Source: Patellaria atrata CBS 101060
Lineage: Eukaryota
Direction of reading: 5' to 3'
Length of the DNA stretch: 64,000 nt
Assembly (NCBI GenBank): GCA_010093705.1
Contig: MU006094.1
Location: 1,029,550 to 1,093,549 of the forward strand
In this document: piece after piece, positions 1-16,607 of the stretch
How positions within the stretch are numbered: the first letter of the stretch is position 1
Layout: each line of letters starts with the position of its first letter
Translations under genes and position numbers: made by a program
Notes under the pieces: generated by a model
Database searches by the model: none
The model's input: only the letters and a program-made list of their open reading frames with translations
What the model was told of the DNA's origin: nothing

Positions 1-1144
1 ATTGAAGCGCAGCATTGGTAGCAGATGCTTGAAGTTTGGGCATGATGTAATCTCTAGTCCAAGGGGCAACCTTAGTCGTAGCGGCCATCCAGCGCGCAAG
101 ATAGGCTTTGAAAGAACGTTGATCGACGTCGCATTTGCCGTTGGGTTCGCAGGCTACCTCGAACATAACGTTCGTATTATCCTTGAAGAAAACAGATGTT
201 CCCTCAAGGATTCCCTGCGTCCGCTGGCGCCAGACGTCTGACTCGGTCTGATATTATTAGTAAGGCCCCAGCTTGATTCTCTGTGATAACTTACAATATT
301 CCACATGGTTGCGGCTCCTAGCAAGTACACACCGGCATTGTAGCTCCATTGGATGTGATTGACTCTTGTGCAATTGATTAAATCATCGGATCCGTCGAAG
401 AAATGCCACCGCTCGTTCATCAAACCAACATTCTGAGTCCACTCGAATGCCCTCGTGGCCCATTCCGCATAAGTCTGGTTACCGGTGTATTTGGCTAAAC
501 GAGCGGCCATGTTAAAGAAGCAACCATTAGAAATGGTGTTCTTATAGTTATAACCATTATTGAAAGTGAAGATTTGCCATTTCAGCCCACCACCGCAAGT
601 GCTATTATCCCAACGAGGAATCTGTGTGTGAACAACAGCTTGAGCTAAAGCGAGCCAATCTGGTTGATCGTCCGGAGGTGAAGGGAAGTTGACTTCAGCA
701 GCTTGTAGAGCTGCTAGACCCCAGAATGCTTGATCGTCGTTACCCAAAGTTCGTGACTGATTTGGTGGCATATAATCATTATTAGGCCCAACTTGGAACA
801 ACATAGCTTGTTTAGTGATCTCGTTATAGGTCTCGTCTCCTGTGTAATACCAGTAATCCACCAACGACCCGAACATAGCGCCTGCTTCCCACCAGTAGTA
901 TGGATCCGGGAGATTGCCTGGTACGTCGCCGGTATTGTTTCCAGTGTAGTATTTGACCATGCCATATGCTACCTCGCTCGCTGCTTTCTTGATGGAGTCT
1001 GGACGTAACAAAGGACATTAGAATTGTCTCACCCGGTGTAGAGTTTACTGGGAGGTGCTTACCATCAGACCCTAAGTCTAAGTCGATTCCCTTTACTGCG
1101 GACATGCCCAGCAGGGCCGCCGAGGCTAAACTGCGCAATTTCAT
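1..1144 (-). CDS. GH76 mannan endo-1,6-alpha-mannosidase (DFG5/DCW1 family), 3' end outside window
   Basis: Exons 1144-1063, 998-295, 247-<1 with GTAAG/AG introns. Signal peptide [19 protein letters not shown]; motifs [57 protein letters not shown]. Confidence 0.93.
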
Positions 1145-2609
1145 GTTCTGACTGTGAAGGTTTGTTTTGTCTCCTTTGAAGAACAAGAATGGAGGTTCCG
1201 CAAGGTTTGGTCAAAGGATATGATCAACGCACAGCGCTGAAAGAATACCGGGTAGTGATTCGAGCGGAGCAATGGCACAACTTGGAGGTTAGGAAGACTA
1301 TTCGAAGATAATACAAATACGCACACTTCAACACAAAACGAAGCGAGGGAAATGAAGGCGCGGGCGGCAAAAGCGACGGTGAGGCTAAACGGAAACCTGG
1401 GAAGCGACCGAAGAGCGACTGTGTCTTTGCGAGTGCAAAAGAAACCCACGATCGCTAAGTTATTAAAGACGTATTCATGTGTCGTAGAAGGATGTTGAAA
1501 GAGTGTAAAAGCAGTGGTATGCTTTGAGTGGAAATGTAAACCTGCTTTCGATCAGGGGCCGGGCCTGGGGTGTGATTATGGATGAACACTATGGGTCTAG
1601 TTTCTTGGCTCCGAGGCTCTGCGCAATGACTACTATAAACAGAAGCACAACTCCCGTCAGTAGCAATAACTGTCACAGCGATGACAGGATACAACTAAGG
1701 GAAGGTATTTCAAGGCGTGTTAAACAGTGTGGACGAAGTGTTCGATATTTTGAGAGAACGATCAGTTGCATTTGAGATTCTAGTTCTAGAGTTGACCACT
1801 TTTTTTTCTTTCTGAAGCGCCAGTTGTTTGGAAAGTGCATCAGCTGGGCAACCAAAACAGATCTCTTGGAAGTCGAAGAAACTCTGCGAAAGGGAAATGT
1901 CACGGGAATTGATTTTCGTTCCACCTACTTGCGTTGATACACCGTTCATTAATTCAAAGAGTCTTTCTGAGGTTCTCGTATCTCAAACCAGGAGGCACAT
2001 GATTATATTATTATCCATACAGTTGCGGGGTACTGTACATTGTCCTCTTATACAGTATAGTACAGTAGATGCGTTAGCATAGGCACAGAAAGCGAATATT
2101 TTAGATAAAGAATGGATGTTGATGTACAATAACTGTGCAGAGTACAAATTATTAAAACAAATTCGAGGCGCCTTCGCAAAGTATTCGCGGCTTTCATGGT
2201 TTGCCACGGGCGTCAACTGCACCGCCTACCAAGATTGCTCAGCTCCGAGTGGTCACGTGATTCGTACTTTGCAGCTGAAGTGAACTGCTGTTATTCTTGG
2301 TCGCTGGCTCACAAATCCTGACAATCTTTATTCAACCTCATCACCATCCTACCAACAAAGCCAGATTTCTACATTTTCCCTTCTCTGTGATACCCATTGA
2401 AGCTCGGCGTCTCCGCTCAGCTTCTTCCATTGTTTACGATCGGTCAGCCACTTCAGAACTAACGTCGACAACGTAATATCTCGCTTCCACAATCTTCCTA
2501 ACGCTCACTCTCCACGCCTTACGAAAGACCACCTCCCATCGGTCGCGCAACTCGACGACCCTTATTTACGAGCCGCGTACATTCAACAACTTAACGAACA
2601 AATCACAAA

Positions 2610-3396
2610 ATGGCCGACCGCGAGCAGCCGTACGACCCTTACATTCCAGCTGGAGGAAATCCCGGTGCGGGAGGAAGTCAAGGAACAAATGGCAACCACC
2701 GTACAGCGGCGCTTCAAGCGGTAGGTGATCCCATATTTTCTATAGCAAAGAAGATATCGTAAAATTATTTTGTTCTGCGAACGAGAGATGTTTCATGCAT
2801 CCGAATCCTCCGATGAAAGGAGTTACAGCATGGGATGAAGTTGACATCACGATGACTTATCCTCGAATGATGATCGCATCCGCTTCTACTTTTTGGATAT
2901 GGGAGGATACTGGAATCTATAAGAGCACTTCTGTGTGCCAATATACAAAGCAACTCCGACCTTGAGCTTTTCGCGCGACCATTGATTCCGTTCTCATCAG
3001 TAATACCCTACACACCTCCATTCATACCACTTCTCTTCATGTTTTTCTTGAGAATATGAGAACTAGACTAACACGATATTGTAGGAAATTGACAGCACCG
3101 TCGGTATCATGCGTGATAACATCAACAAAGTATCGGAACGTGGCGAGCGTCTAGATTCCCTCCAAGACAAGACCGACAATCTTGCAGTATCTGCTCAAGG
3201 TTTCCGACGTGGTGCCAACCGTGTTCGCAAGCAGATGTGGTGGAAGGATATGAAGATGCGCATGTGGTTGATATTGGGCATCGTCATTCTCCTCGTCATC
3301 ATTATCGTGCCTTCAGGTAAGATCAAATGCTCATAAGGGAACAACCCTCCCTTGAGGAATATACTAATGATACATGCAGTCGTTGCCACCAGGTAA
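2610..3396 (+). CDS. SNC1: v-SNARE synaptobrevin/VAMP
   Basis: Exons 2610-2720, 3085-3316, 3380-3396. R-SNARE motif [25 protein letters not shown], then WWKDMKMR and a C-terminal TM helix. Confidence 0.96.
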
Positions 3397-4776
3397 ATGT
3401 CCAATATCGATTTGGACCGGACGAGTGTATGTTGAATTAGACAATAAATGGAAAGCTTGGTGTGCTCGCTGGATCAAAAGAGAAGATTAAATTCTTCGAT
3501 GCAGTTTGTTATTCCAAACGGACCATAGATGGATGTAGCTTTACGTTCGGGCGAAATCGGTGCTTTGGGATGCTTATGCCTTTTCTTCCTACCTCAAGTT
3601 CAGGTCTGTAGTAATCGATGCGTTTTCTTCACACGAGCCGCAGCCAAAGTTATGTTGTGTAACCTCCATTTTCCGTAACCTATGTGTCAAATGATGATAC
3701 GGAAAGTGCATACAGCTGCTGCTCACATCCAGTACACTTGATATTCTCTCGGCTTTGTCCGTAGTCGACTTCTCAACCTAAAGGGACGAACCGAACATTA
3801 ACTTAAGGATAAAATCCTTTGTTGAAACAAACGTACTATCTCCAGGTTTTATTATCTACTACTATATTGCCAGATCAAGCTTAAACCTAGTCAACAGAAA
3901 AGGTAACAGCTTTGAGATCGCCATACGTGATGGGATCTGCATCGGACTCTCAAACGGGGATTTAGCCTCATCAGTGTTTACCCAAGAGATTCTGGAAGCT
4001 GACATGAACACGAGTTCCGCAGGATGTCGCACATAGTGAAGTCCGGAGGATTACTGCTATAGGGACTGAATAGGTAGTCGTAAACCATAAGACCTCTGGG
4101 CAAAGAAAGAAGAGAATAGGAACTCGCCACAAGCTCCGAGAGGACGAAGAAAATACAGTCAATAACAGCTCGTAGATGATTCTGATATCCCGTGTGACTG
4201 CAACAGGTTTACCATGCAGGTTGAAGTGTAAGGTTAATAGGAATTCTCCTTCGATCTAGGCTTATTTGGATAGCAGATCAATTTCAATTTGTATATTTCA
4301 ACTAATAGGATAGTGGATGGTAAAAAGGGACAGGGAGTGAGGGAAGAAAAGAGCAGTACCGGAGTGGTGTACTCTGATATCATGCATGCTGATGGTGAGG
4401 GAAATGATGCACATGGGCTATTTTTGCTGCTTTCCATTTGCCTATGCTTCTCCCACTTAACCTTTTTGAAGTACATTCTAACTGAGAGCGGTCAAGCTGA
4501 CCCCAGCTGCTGCCATGTGGGGAGCGGACGACTGTACGGGAAGGATGGAAAAAGCCAAGACTTTGAGCTGATTGCCCGCAGCGCCCGCCTTTTCATCAGG
4601 AAACCCGTGATTATGTGACCGACTTCGGCTTCATACAAAAATCAGCCTCTTCGCACAATTGAAAAAAGATATCATTGTTGCTGTACGATTTCCTTGTATT
4701 CCAGTGCTGGTACTGCTTTTTGCTACGGTCTCAGGCCCGCTTGGGCGGTTAACTTTTCCGGATTGTCCTTTTTCTG

Positions 4777-7709
<2,933 letters not shown>

Positions 7710-8552
7710 AATTTCGACTTTTTGAACTATCGAACTAGAACTGTTATGCTTAATCCGTTGATACCCGAATCGTATATACACCCACACTTCATTTTTACTT
7801 CACGAAAAGTTATGACATAGAGGAGGTCCTACACTTGGGCTAGGATTTTTGATTTACATTTTTTTAGGTAGAGAGCGAAGGAAGTATGTCAGGGTGATGA
7901 GGAGACGGCGCACCATTTGTAAATGGGATGATGGGAGATTGTCGTTTTGTGCTTAACTTGTATATAGACCTGCACTTCAAAAAGTTTCAAACCCGCCAGA
8001 CCTTTGCGCTCTTTTCTAGCATACCTTATGCGTGATTGTATATGGGTGGCTACCTCATGTTAGAGGCTAGAAATGTTATCAGGAGGTTATAGTAAGGCAG
8101 TAGCGGAGTGTCGTCGTACGTTGAGTTCTTTCATACCTTGGGTTGATTTCGTCACCTCTCTCCCCTCTTTCTCCAATCTCTTAGGTCCTCTCTCTCTCGT
8201 TTCTCGTCTCTCATCCGTCTCTCCTCTCATTCCGTTCAACTTTCTTATCTCGGGGTCTGTTCTAAGACTCATATCACTTCCTTTACCACGGCTGGCACTT
8301 TTCGTTGCTTGTATTCATGCTGCCCATACTCACTGGCGCATATATGATATGGAATATCGATGACTATTTAAGCTACGTATGTGCGCGGTTATAACTTGCA
8401 GGCTATTTGTGCACTTTAGTCCATTGTATACAGCGGAGTTGCAACCCTTTTTAAGAGCATGTTCAAACCTGGCGGAGTTACATACCTTTAGCGGTGATGA
8501 ACCTGCTATTTGAAGCTCATTCATGTTAATTGCTTACCACTGATCTCAAATA

Positions 8553-10007
8553 TCATTGTATTCTGTCTACATATCTCTCCTCCTTTTTCTCCTCTTGTAT
8601 CAGCACAGCTAATATTTCATCATCCCACCATCTCAGAATACCATCCTTACACCACGTTGCCACTCGCCGATATCTTCACTGAAGGGCTCCAAAATACCTT
8701 TGAACAAAGTAAGCGCCTCTTTCCATGACATATCCATCCCCATACCTAGTGAGCAAAGATGAAACGTCGCACTCGGCCTGGTCGAATGCAAAACGTGCCA
8801 AATCACTCCCTCCTTTAGTATGTACTTCTTCAGCAAGAAGTTCATCATCTTCACTAACCGCTTTCACGTCATTATAGATATCGCCCATTTTTGCAGTCAC
8901 CAGGGACGGTCCAATCGCCTCATAGGCCGGGACGATACAAGCAAAGCTCCAGTCAATTATCCCAGTAATGTTGAACTCTTCGTCAACGAAAATATGGTCG
9001 CCTTTGTCATCCATGTGCTTAAGGAAGAAAGGACCATTGTTGAGCTCTGGATCGAACGGGTTAAGTCCGTTTATAGCCAGCCGCTCCAGGCGTTTGAATA
9101 TGACGTACGCATTCACCCTGTAGCGCGAAAATAGTTGACCAGAGGAAATAAGGGACAGATACTCTTGCGCCCGGGATGTGTAGTACACCTTTCTATTGTT
9201 GAACAGGCCTAGGTATGCTAAAGTGCCCGTCCGATCACCAACTATAGGTCCAATAGTGGGTTTTCCACGTGGATTCAGCGTCAGGGATCCAATGCGCTCG
9301 AACGGATGCTAGTGAATGGTGTTGAAGATACTAGCCAACTGGCTGTATACCTTCTCCCTCTGCGTCTTCGACCCACCCAACTGGCTAAACGCTCGGCCAG
9401 GCAGCTCATCGATCAGCATAAAAGCAGCACCAACGTCATTACCGGGGCCATTTCGAAGGCCATAATCATGAACCTTGGGTGCAGGGATAACCACAGATTC
9501 CAACCATTTAAGAGGGGGTGCATTCACTTTGAAGGATATCGTTGCTGAGCTTGTCCAAAAAAGAAGTGAAATTCTGACGGAGGAGGCGCGCCAGCCAGAC
9601 TGACCCGTCCACAAACAGAATGCGAAGATGCACATGCATGCCACCCATTCGCGACCTCCCTAAGAAATCTGCCTCGTCCAACTTACATTCGTCGCACTGG
9701 TTGCATTCCGAGGCTCGCCGAAGGAGGTTCTCATCTTTCACTTTGGCACAGAGGCTTTCCAGCGCTTGGGTTAGAGCAGCGTCCCAAGCAGCGTCACTAA
9801 GCGGTTCTTTCTAAAGGAACGTTAACCGGAACCTAAGACGGAAAATTTAGTGTTACGGACGAGACAACAATGAAGGGTGGATAGTGAATGAGTAGCACAA
9901 AAGTGCTGAGTGCAATGTTCGCAGTTGCTTATGTCAATCGCTGCAGGATTCGGGCATTCGAGAATACAACAACTCCAAAAACGATGGTCGTGCGCTTGAT
10001 GAGACAT
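8553..10007 (-). pseudogene. APH/choline-kinase-like phosphotransferase with N-terminal Cys/His finger, disrupted
   Basis: Exon 10007-9861 (CxxC..HFCxxH), intron 9860-9811, then MGGMHVHLRILF..WLAR. Frameshift at the G5 run near 9515, in-frame TAG at 9309-9311, Brenner-type HMDDKGDHIFVD..IIDW, and further frameshifts at about 8790-8750 and 8657. Confidence 0.8.
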
Positions 10008-10430
10008 GATGACTGAAATCGTAGAATAGTAACTGAATTTTTCTGGTGAGGTAAGCGTTATAAGTGTAAAAAAAGAACTTTAAGCCCTAACCTTCCTAGT
10101 CCTACAATAAAACTACTTGAAATACTAGTTTACTACTGCGTCGGGGAGCAGTGGGGAGACTGGAAAATAGTCCGCGCCTACGTGAAGTAAAATAGCTGCA
10201 TACCCCAGGTCTAGGGACTATATGTATAAACTACCAAGCACCACTCTTATCTCGTAAAGAGTCGAAGACTGTTTTCTTCCAGCTTTGGTACCTCGAAAAC
10301 CCTTCCGTCGAGCGTGAACGTTTGAAGTGAAACCGTCACTTTAAGCAAGTCAAGTCATTCCCCAAGCCCAAAGTACCACAGAGCTGACTCTACACTGTAG
10401 AAATAGAAGACTACCGACGATTCAGTCTCC

Positions 10431-10993
10431 ATGGTGCAGTCCCGCTTCTCCTCCTCCCAATACTTCTCTGACTCCTTCGTCGAAAGTGCCGGGGCCGTCC
10501 TTTTCCGCCTGTCCACCCGCGAAATATGCATCCTCCACCTCCTCTCCCGCGACGAATACGTCCTCCCTAAAGGCCGACGCAACTGCGGGGAGACGAGGCA
10601 GAACGCCGCTGTCCGTGAAGTCCGCGAAGAGACCGGGTACGTGTGCCGCATTCTCCCGGTAAACATATCGACCAGGAACCCTCCTGCGATGGAGACGGAG
10701 CACGTTCCTGATGAGCCGCGTTTGCACGAACACACGCGGGAACCTTTTGCGTTGCAGGTGAGGAGGTTAGGGGATGGGATGAAGGTTGTGTGGTGGTATG
10801 TTGCTGCTGTGAACGAGGAGGAAGGGTTGAATGAGGAAGCTTAGGAGGGGAGAGGTTTTGAGTCGAGTCTCATAGCTATACTGATGTGCTCGACAAATTG
10901 ACGTTCGCAATGGATAGAGTTATGGTTGAGAGGGCTATTGAGCTTGTGGAGGGGACTTACGGGGGTGGGGATACGGTAGCGGAGGGATCGTAG
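10431..10993 (+). pseudogene. Nudix hydrolase; ORF stops at 10844, apparent C-terminus continues in another frame
   Basis: Nudix box GRRNCGETRQNAAVREVREETG. After the TAG at 10842, a shifted frame reads ERF*VESHSYTDVLDKLTFAMDRVMVERAIELVE to a TAG at 10993, resembling the usual C-terminal helix. Confidence 0.7.
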
Positions 10994-11403
10994 AGGTATA
11001 TATGATTGATTGTGTTTGAGAGGGAGGGAGATGGGGTATATGGGAATTATGAATTGTTGTGGTAACGGACTCGGTTTTCTGTTTTGATGTGTAATATGAA
11101 TTAACTGCCTAACCAGATATGAGATCTGCAGATAGAGAGGAAGGTGGTGGTGCTGGTTAAGACTAGATAGGTAACGTAACTGAATAGGGAAGTCAAATAA
11201 CGGTATAGGTTATGTTGGCCCTGCCGGCACCTAGGATTCATGGAATAGTAACTGAAATGTTCTAGAGAGAATAAACAGTAGAAGAAAGGACTTCAAGGCC
11301 TCACCGTTCCGGTCCTGTCGATGAAGCTGCTTGGAATAAAATAAAGGAGGGGAGATTGCGGCCGTACTTTACCATGGGAGATCAAAATCCTACACGAATA
11401 GGG

Positions 11404-11419
11404 ATATATATATATATAT
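11404..11419. repeat. (AT)n microsatellite
   Basis: ATATATATATATATAT. Confidence 0.85.
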
Positions 11420-11560
11420 TCATCTAAAGCCTCAAGCTTAAAGTCCAAATCCAACCCCTAAAGCCCAACCCTCCAAACCAAACCAAACCAAACGGCCCAG
11501 CGCTAACCGCCTGACAAAGCACAAAATCATCACCGAGGAAGAATGATAATCATGACTGAT

Positions 11561-11585
11561 CTGAACTGAACTGAACTGAACTGAA
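11561..11585. repeat. (CTGAA)5 microsatellite
   Basis: Five perfect CTGAA copies. Confidence 0.9.
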
Positions 11586-12123
11586 CAGAAAATAGATGGC
11601 CTAATATGATACACGATATACAATACACAATACACGAATCCTTTCCCCCCGGTATACAGCATACTAAATACCCATACTCGACTCCATCGGCTCGAAGCCT
11701 AAGCTCTTAAGTGGAGACCGGAGTAGTGTTCGAGCCTACGGTACCAACGGGGCAGACTGCACCCAACCGATAAACCCGAGCAGCAGTACGGACCGGTGCA
11801 GAATCCATGACAATCGAGCATAAAGACATCGGGGCAGTTTTCAAAACCGCAAGATGCAATTAGCAATCCAGGTCCAGACGTAAGGGTGAAAACGACAAGT
11901 ATGATAAACCTGGAGGCGTGAAGACTATATCGGGATACACGCGTGAAATAACATATCACTTGACATCCTGAAGAGCGCCCAGTGTAACCGAACTTAGATT
12001 TGACCAAATTTCCGTAGTGAATGGCCCTAGGTCTACTCCTAGAGGTCAAAATACGTCTACACCCGGGGGAAGAAGTCTTCAACATCCCCTTCCATTATCT
12101 AAAACGCACGAACACTCTCATCC

Positions 12124-13920
12124 TTACCCCTCCTTCTTCCCCAACATAGCCTTAGGACCATAACAACAACTTGGATCATTAGGATCAACGCTCTGTCTCC
12201 TAACCTCTTCCCTGACGAGACCCTCGATCTCCGCCTTCCGCTCCCCCGCGCCTCTGAAGCTCTTCCTCCCCCTAACGAACCAGTCCACGCCCATGATACA
12301 CACGACGACGAAATACACCGCGGAGACATAGTTCATGGAGCCGGCGGTAGCGGGGTAGGTGTACGGGAAAGAGTACATGATGACTGTAAAAGCGGTCCAG
12401 ACGAGCAGGACGACGTTCGCGACGAGGCCGATGGGTCCGAGCCAGAAGGGGCCGGGGGCGATGTTTTTGCGGCCGCGGATCAGGAGACAGGCGGTCGGGA
12501 CGCTGTAGGAGAGGTAGAGCAGGACGATGCAGGCTGTGATCATGCTATCGGGACGTTGTTAGTGCTGGACTCTGAGGTGCTTTGGTTTGGGGGTTAGGGG
12601 GCACGTACGAGTTGAATGCGGTGTAACTGCCTAAATAGAGACATCCCACACAGGCGACGATGAAGGTGGTGGCTGTATGTGCGTAGAGTGGGACACCGAG
12701 CTGCGGGTGCACTTTTTTAAGGAATTGGTGGCCGGGGAGTCCTTTGTCTCGGGCGAAGCTCCATGCTAGTCTGGATTGCCAGGTATGGCTCGCGACTAAG
12801 CAGCCAAAGCCTGTAGCCAGAATTAGGGATTCCAGAGCGATCGCACCTGCTTTACTGCTGGTAGCGCGGTAGAAGAGTTCGAGGATGGGGACGAGAGTGG
12901 GTGTTGCGACAAGTTCGTTGAAATCGCCGACGATGCTGAAGAACATTGCAATGGAGTAGGTCCAGGAGGTGATGAATCCGATGGCGACTGTGCCGAGGAT
13001 GGCGATTGGGATCATACGTTCAGGACGGTGAACTTCCTCGGCGAGATGGGTCGCACAGTCAAGGCAAGCGAATGACCAATTGGTGTTGATGAGACCCACA
13101 AGGAAGGCGATGCCGGATTGGCTCCATCCAGTGTTGTTGATAAATGTGGCGAAGACGAATTTGGCTTGCTGGTGTGTTGGAGCTACTGACGGAACGGTGA
13201 TTCCAATGATAAGGAAGGAGATAAGAGAGGTGTATAGAGTGATTTGGGCCAGTATTGGGAGATGGCGGTTATAGGTGTTGAAGAAATAGCAAAAGAGATT
13301 GGAAAGCTGGTAAGCTACGAAGACCATCCAGGATTTGATCTCCCTTGAAGAAGTCAGATGTTGGACTCAAAGAAGTAGAATCACACATATCAAAAGGAAT
13401 CAACTCACAAGTCTGGATGTGACAATTGCCAGCAACCGACCAAAGCGCTTCCTAAAGCCAAAGCCACACTAGCAGAGGTAAAGATAGATCCAGCGAGAGC
13501 AAACCATCCAGTTAGGTAACTCGCAAATCTAGCATACTTCTTGGGTGCCAGCTCGTTGGCCCAGAAATACTGACCGCCAGCATTCGGCATAGCACTCGAG
13601 AGTTCGGATAATGTGATACCTACGCATGTTGAAATGCAAGTTATGATGATGATGCCGTAAATGATGAGAAGAGGTCCACCAGAGTTGATACCGGTAACGA
13701 GAGCAGCGGAGATACCGAACCAGGAGTTCGTGAGGGAGAAACCGACACCCAGGACAGCCCAGACAGAGTAATTACGGCGTAGGTCCTGGGTATAACCCAT
13801 CTCGGCGAGTTTGAGGGCATCTTCATCGAGGAGGGCCCTGTTCGGACTATCTCCTGGGGTACGTGAAGTGACACCTACGACCTTCTCCTCCTCCATTGAA
13901 GATATATCTGTTTGAGACAT
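12124..13920 (-). CDS. APC-family amino acid/choline permease (HNM1-like)
   Basis: Exons 13920-13409, 13343-12609, 12544-12124. Motifs LAEMGYTQDLRRNYS, ELSSAMPNAGGQYFW, DCATHLAEE, SRLAWSFARDKGLP; many TM helices. Confidence 0.93.
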
Positions 13921-15591
13921 GAGTGATCGACTGAAGCTTCGAAGTCTCTTTAAAATCCAACGCTCATATATGGATGTAGTAAGCCAAGGACCCGTGCGTG
14001 AGAGAGACGTGCTCTTTCCCTGAATAGGTGTGGAGAAATAAGCCAAATACCCCAGATAGGTACGACCTTAATGACTGGAATGGGGAAGTGATACAGTCAG
14101 ATGTCCTCGTGTAAGCACCCGACGATATTGAGATCTTGAACTGCCGCGGCGTCGTACAAGTATGCCGTGATGCAGTAAGGTACAATATAACAACACAGTG
14201 AAGTACACGGGACCCCTTAACGATAACAAAGACAACACACAACCGCGAAACCACGAAATAGTTCAGAATAGAGCAGAAGCTGGGAAAAGCTCGAATTCGA
14301 AATGAAACGGACATGATCGGGACGAAGAGCGAGATATATAAACTTACCCAGCAGCAGAGTCAACAGCTACTTTGGAAATCCAGTGGAGCGGATATGCCTA
14401 CCGAATCTGTACGATGTGGTAGGTTCAGATGATCCAATGTCGTTCCTCCAATTCCTGCAAAAAGCTACAAAGTACGAACGGGCATTTTCATCCCGTCCCC
14501 CATCACCTGTGAATCTGGGTCCAACTTTCGTTTGTCAAATACTCGTCGTCCAAAAACGCCTCCACCTGCGCAATTTTACCTACAAAGTTCCCGATCTCTC
14601 GGTATCGCTCGTCCAGGGGGTTGAGCAAAACGTGGATTGGGGCGGCCTTAAAGGTGACCTTCCTTCTGTTCGTTACCCTACCTTAGCTCTATCACCCACC
14701 TGCGAACAGCTGCGGAGGAACATGCCTCGTGTTGATGTCGACGAATGCGGGATGGCAGGAATTCGCTAAACTCCAGACTCCAGAAATCAAGACGACGTGG
14801 AGTTTTCTGTTCACGGCCCGCTGCGTGCTTCGGCCGGGTCAGCTACCTACCATTAAACCATCCCCACCGACTTTAAATAATCAGATATCAAAGTCAACGA
14901 ACACATTCTACAGGTCGATATCGCGTCTAAGCAACTTAAGTCCCTCGACCTGGATCTCTTGTCTGCCCTATCCCTCTCGGCCCAAAGCTTGAACTCCTCG
15001 TTGGAACCACGCCGCACCAGTCCTCCACCTGCTATCACCACTATCAACCCGTTATCTACACTACCTTCCAGACTTCCCAACCGCCACCTATCGTTATTAT
15101 TTCAACCCTACCTTACCAAACCCATCCCCAAGCAGGTTCCCCCATGGCGCAAGCCACAAGCCCTTATCAAGCTTTCCCCAAGCTCCATATTCGTCCGTCC
15201 TCTCCCTTCCTCTCTACAAATCCACAACATCACTTCACAAACACCCCAAAACATCAACAGACCTTAAATCAAAAACCTAAGTGACTTTACTAACAACGGG
15301 GACATAGCCCATTCGCGCTCCGTCCGCCCCGGTCCCCGCACTCGCGCTCGGTCCTCCTTATCGGGAGCGGTGAGCGACGTCTGCCAGACGAATCACAACC
15401 CGCTGCCGGATGTTCTGCTAATGTTCACCTAGGGCAGTATGGTCGTGTCGTACAAAGATATCATGGGGGCTGTATTCCTTCCACTGTAGAACTATAATCT
15501 CAGAGCTCGGAGATTTGAGGCAGTCTGTCCACTTGTTTCCATCAGCGCCAGAACCTTCTTCTTCTTCTTCCTTTTTTGTTTTTTTTTTTTT

Positions 15592-15691
15592 NNNNNNNNN
15601 NNNNNNNNNNNNNNNNNNNNNNNNNNNNNNNNNNNNNNNNNNNNNNNNNNNNNNNNNNNNNNNNNNNNNNNNNNNNNNNNNNNNNNNNNNN
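15592..15691. other. Assembly gap (100 N)
   Basis: Run of 100 N following a poly-T tract. Confidence 1.
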
Positions 15692-16010
15692 ATTTCTTCG
15701 CAGATATCCTGAGCGTTCGAGACTGAACTTTTGCCGGAACCAGCCGTCTCGGGCCGAATGGGTTGCGGATGCCTTGAACCCGCCCTTTTCCCAACCCTCT
15801 TTTCCGGAACTACCTTTGAGGTGCCCTATAAGGCCCCTAAACGGTCGAAACTGACAATGACACTACCTTGCTCTTCCAATGCTGACCAGAATATACTATA
15901 CTGTACTCTACCGACGACAGACTCACCGGTTCAGAGTGTGCCTAGTAGGAATGCTCGGGACCATATGATTCCGTGTATAGAGTGTACTTCATAGTGTATA
16001 AAAATTGTAT

Positions 16011-16102
16011 TGTACATATCTCGTGCTGTACATACCCCGTACTGTACATATCTCGTGCTGTACATATCCCGTACTGTACATATCGCGTGCTGTACATATC
16101 CC
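16011..16102. repeat. 16-bp minisatellite (TGTACATATCYCGTRC), about 6 copies
   Basis: TGTACATA recurs every 16 nt, with alternating TCTCGTGC/CCCGTAC variants. Confidence 0.9.
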
Positions 16103-16607
16103 ATCCTAAACAAAACACCCGAATGCAACACTACAGTAAGTACAGTACAATACAGCACTACAAACCCTAGTAGCTGACTGTGCTGTACTGGAGTATCACT
16201 GCGCATGTAGACATCTGGCTGTATCGGAGGACTACGGTACCGTACAGATGGTTGAAGCTTGGATGGTGAAGTGGGTTGTTCCATCGGGTGAGGTATACCC
16301 GACTTATACAGTACACCACCCGTACGCTCCGTAGCTGTATCTTCTGGTTGTCCTACAGAAGGAGCTTTCGATATCAACTCCATGCGTGCGTTACAAATCA
16401 TTGCCATCCCACAGTCACAGCACCTCAAATGTAACAGACTCTACTATGCAAAGAAGGGTATATTTACTATCTAAAGCCCAACGAGTGCGGAAAAGCCAAC
16501 AATCCCATTACCCCAAATGCAGCGCTAAAGACAAGACATGTTACTTTCCATTCAGGAAGTGGCCTAAACGGCGATATAGGAAAATTCATCGATGCATTGC
16601 AGGTCGC

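Noticed and set aside
2721..3084. Box C/D snoRNA in the long SNC1 intron (ATGATGA near 2867)
   Set aside because: No downstream CTGA box D or terminal stem found.
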